NCBI RefSeq assembly: GCF_964204645.1
Contig: NC_134027.1
Location: forward strand, 18,624,560 to 18,688,559
Direction of reading: 5' to 3'
Source: Tubulanus polymorphus
Lineage: Eukaryota > Animalia > Nemertea
Length of the DNA stretch: 64,000 bases
Part shown: piece after piece, positions 61,395 through 64,000 of the stretch
Layout: every line of letters starts with the position of its first letter
Position numbering within the stretch: position 1 is the first letter of the stretch
Translations under genes and position numbers: made by a program
The notes under the pieces: generated by a model
Told to the model about the DNA's origin: nothing
Database searches by the model: none
The model's input: only the letters and a program-made list of their open reading frames with translations

Positions 61395-62564
61395 CTACAA
61401 AAAAGACATTACATTACATTTGGTGGTTACTCCTAGTTTCGAACAAATCTACATATTATCTCTAAATAATAAAATGCGTGGATCTACCTTCCTTACAAAG
61501 CATAGTGTAATCGCCCAGACATCCTACCCACCCTTTTTTCCATAATGGTATAGTCCACACGTTAACCAATGAAACTGTGTTCTGTGTGTGTGTGATACTT
61601 CAATGAATGAATGAAGTTCATGTGACAGGCTGAGGCACTACTACTTGTAACGGCAAAGACCACATGATAACATAAGAATGGACTTAAAATTGCTCCAAAA
61701 ATCCTCAAAACTTCCCCCTTTGGGCTTCGCCTGATGTGTTCATCTGGGCACGGACACACGCTTTTACATTTTTTCCCCCAATAAAGAGTAATGGAAATTT
61801 TTTTAACGATTACGGAAACTCTGCGTATCTCATTATATTTTTTTCTACTATCGCACGTCGAACAGTTTATTTTTCATCAGTCAACCTGAGTCGGCCTTAG
61901 TTAGCAGGACGCATCCGATTATCTGGCCGCGTGTATATAGCACTGCTGTCTCTAGCCTACTACATGTCAATGATTGAATGAATACTATGTATTATCAACG
62001 TCATTAAGTGGATCATGTATATACTGACACTGGGTCCATATATCCCTTGTATGTAACTGTAATTAGTCATTTGTTTCATTTATATCGTTATTCTATTTTA
62101 TCTTCTATCTTTATACTCTGTACACCTCAATCCGTAATGGATATAACAGTATAATAAAGAGTCTTTATAATAAAGAGTTTTATTGAATTGTACTAACTCA
62201 CTCGGGGTATTCCCCTAGAGTACAGCACCTTCGCATTACTGGTAATTTTCATAAAGAAAATCCCTCACTCGCAGTGCTTCAAGAAATAAAATCCGGGCTA
62301 GCAACGAATCATGCAGAGACAATAATCTACCGATACTCTCCCAGTCAGTGTAAACCACGAACTTCGCAGTTTCTATGAACTACTTACGGATGTATCAGTG
62401 CGCAAGCACCTATGAGGATAAAGATGGGGATAATACTTCATTGCTGGGAAAACCGATATAGACAATTCACTGAAGCTAAGCCCTTCATATTCAACATGAT
62501 TAATTCAACATGAGGTTTGGAACAAGTTCATGTTCAAATATTCAAATATACAACCAAATCTTAC

Positions 62565-62867
62565 CTTGACTAGATCATCAGGTGTATGAATACACATCTC
62601 CTCAGAGTAAAGTAACTCTTTTAAATCGGGGTAACACATCTCCAGCAATTCATCCTCCAATAACAAATATGGGAAACACCAGATAGAGAATTCATGAGCG
62701 GTATGGTACAACTGTTGACATCCGAGATGTTTGGCAAATACTCGAATTCCTAAACAATTACTGGGGTGCAACTGTTTACTGAGAAACTGACAACATACAG
62801 ATTTAACACTGTCTATCTCCAATAAATCAGCAGTCATCAATAACTCCTGTACATTATTGATATCAAT
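62565..62867 (-). CDS. Kelch-like gene coding exon (end of BTB, start of BACK); upstream exons lie beyond the window
   Basis: tag|IDINNVQELLMTADLLEIDSVKSVCCQFLSKQLHPSNCLGIRVFA...|gtaag; 303 nt, phase 0/0; NV..LL..A.LL....V...CC.FL..QL.PSNCLGI is the KLHL hallmark. Confidence 0.94.
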
Positions 62868-64000
62868 CTACAAAATAGATAGTCATATCAATAACTCTAA
62901 CATGTTATTTGTGAGCAAAACGCTATAATAATCAAAACCATCGTAAAATATTATGTAGGCCTACATTTGATAATAGCCGTATGAATTGATATCAATAAAC
63001 AAGTTGTATTACAGTTGTATAATGCAGTAGGCCTTTTTAAGTGTAATGTAATTAAAAAATTTTGCAGTCAGTAATCTGTTTTCTCAGTAAGGACTTGAAA
63101 TCTAATGAAATGTGTACATTTCTACTTGTACTACAAATGTTATTCTCACTATATAGTAACTTATAATTCTACAATTCATATGTATATTAATAGTATTAAG
63201 CTCATGCAACACAGAGTTGGTAGTGGTTAGCTCCAAGTCAAATAGTGTTTAGTCAAGGTTTATGCCACACCGAAAGAAAACCCTGTTTCTCAGGCCAAAC
63301 CGACCCGATATTTCATCCTTACAAATAATTGTTTTCGAAATAAAATTGCCTCCTGACCCTATTTCTAATAAAGGACCAATGGTCCAGTGGCTCACTAAAC
63401 TGGTGAGTAGTAAAAAATCTGTCAGAATCGGCTACCCGTCTGCAAAAATCCATTTCATTGAAAATTAAACAAGAAAAAAAATAGGGCCTATAAAAAAGGA
63501 CTCAATTTTGGTCAGTGTGAACTTTTAATGATAACTGAATTTTAACAAGAATGAAATTTCGCAAAACTGATAAAGGGCTTTTTGTCTGAACAAATGTTCA
63601 AAATTTTAATACATCCCTAAAATGACGTAAAACAACTAAACCTATGAGTGATACGTTAAGATACGGTACAAACTTGGTGAAAGCCTGGGTTTCATCGCAG
63701 GTTTTTCATTATCATACGGACCAAGCAGGACAGAAGCTCCCATGTTCTTCAAATTTGAGGCCAGTGCCAGTTACTGTTGAAACAAAGTTTATCAACTGAC
63801 ATAGTTTTTAATAATTTCACGATAGGATTGCTTTAAGTAGCTAACATCTTCACTCAGACAAATCGTCGTCACTTGCGATATACACCGTGGCGCGCGTTAT
63901 CTTTAACTGACACAAACACGTAGTGAACACGAGAGTATAAGGCGATATTGCCTAGGCGACTGTACACGACTGTTTTCAACGCAAATGCTTATGACTGTGC

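Overview
AT-rich metazoan (invertebrate-type) genomic DNA with spliceosomal introns; nothing prokaryotic. Two convergent host genes are present, both 5'-incomplete in this window. IST1 (ESCRT-III-associated; last 6 coding exons on +, 3153-34008, ending in the MIM2/MIM1 motifs) faces a BTB-BACK-Kelch gene (6 coding exons on -, 62867-43028, six Kelch blades). All exon phases were checked by hand and join in frame. Most of the remainder is transposon-derived and deeply nested. The 18.4-kb IST1 intron holds (a) a Helentron-associated (HINE/DINE-1-like) repeat carrying two DNA elements, each of which carries a LINE piece, and (b) a TSD-flanked Penelope-like element with inverted pLTRs and a degenerate hammerhead motif. 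That Penelope element is interrupted by a 6-bp-TSD DNA element and by nested HINEs, one of which contains a structurally complete but mutated DIRS1-type tyrosine-recombinase retrotransposon (gag, RT/RNaseH/methyltransferase, YR, ITRs, ICR). The most informative signals are the 7-bp TATTTCC overlap shared by the DIRS circle junction and its target, a reconstructable ~2.9-kb dual-coding region in the DIRS element, an ORF1-only 'half-LINE' with its own TSD, and the Penelope structure. I found no system I can claim as truly undescribed; these are notable instances or variants of known families. Coordinates were read by eye and may be off by a few bases; superfamily labels for non-coding elements are inferred from termini/TSD only.
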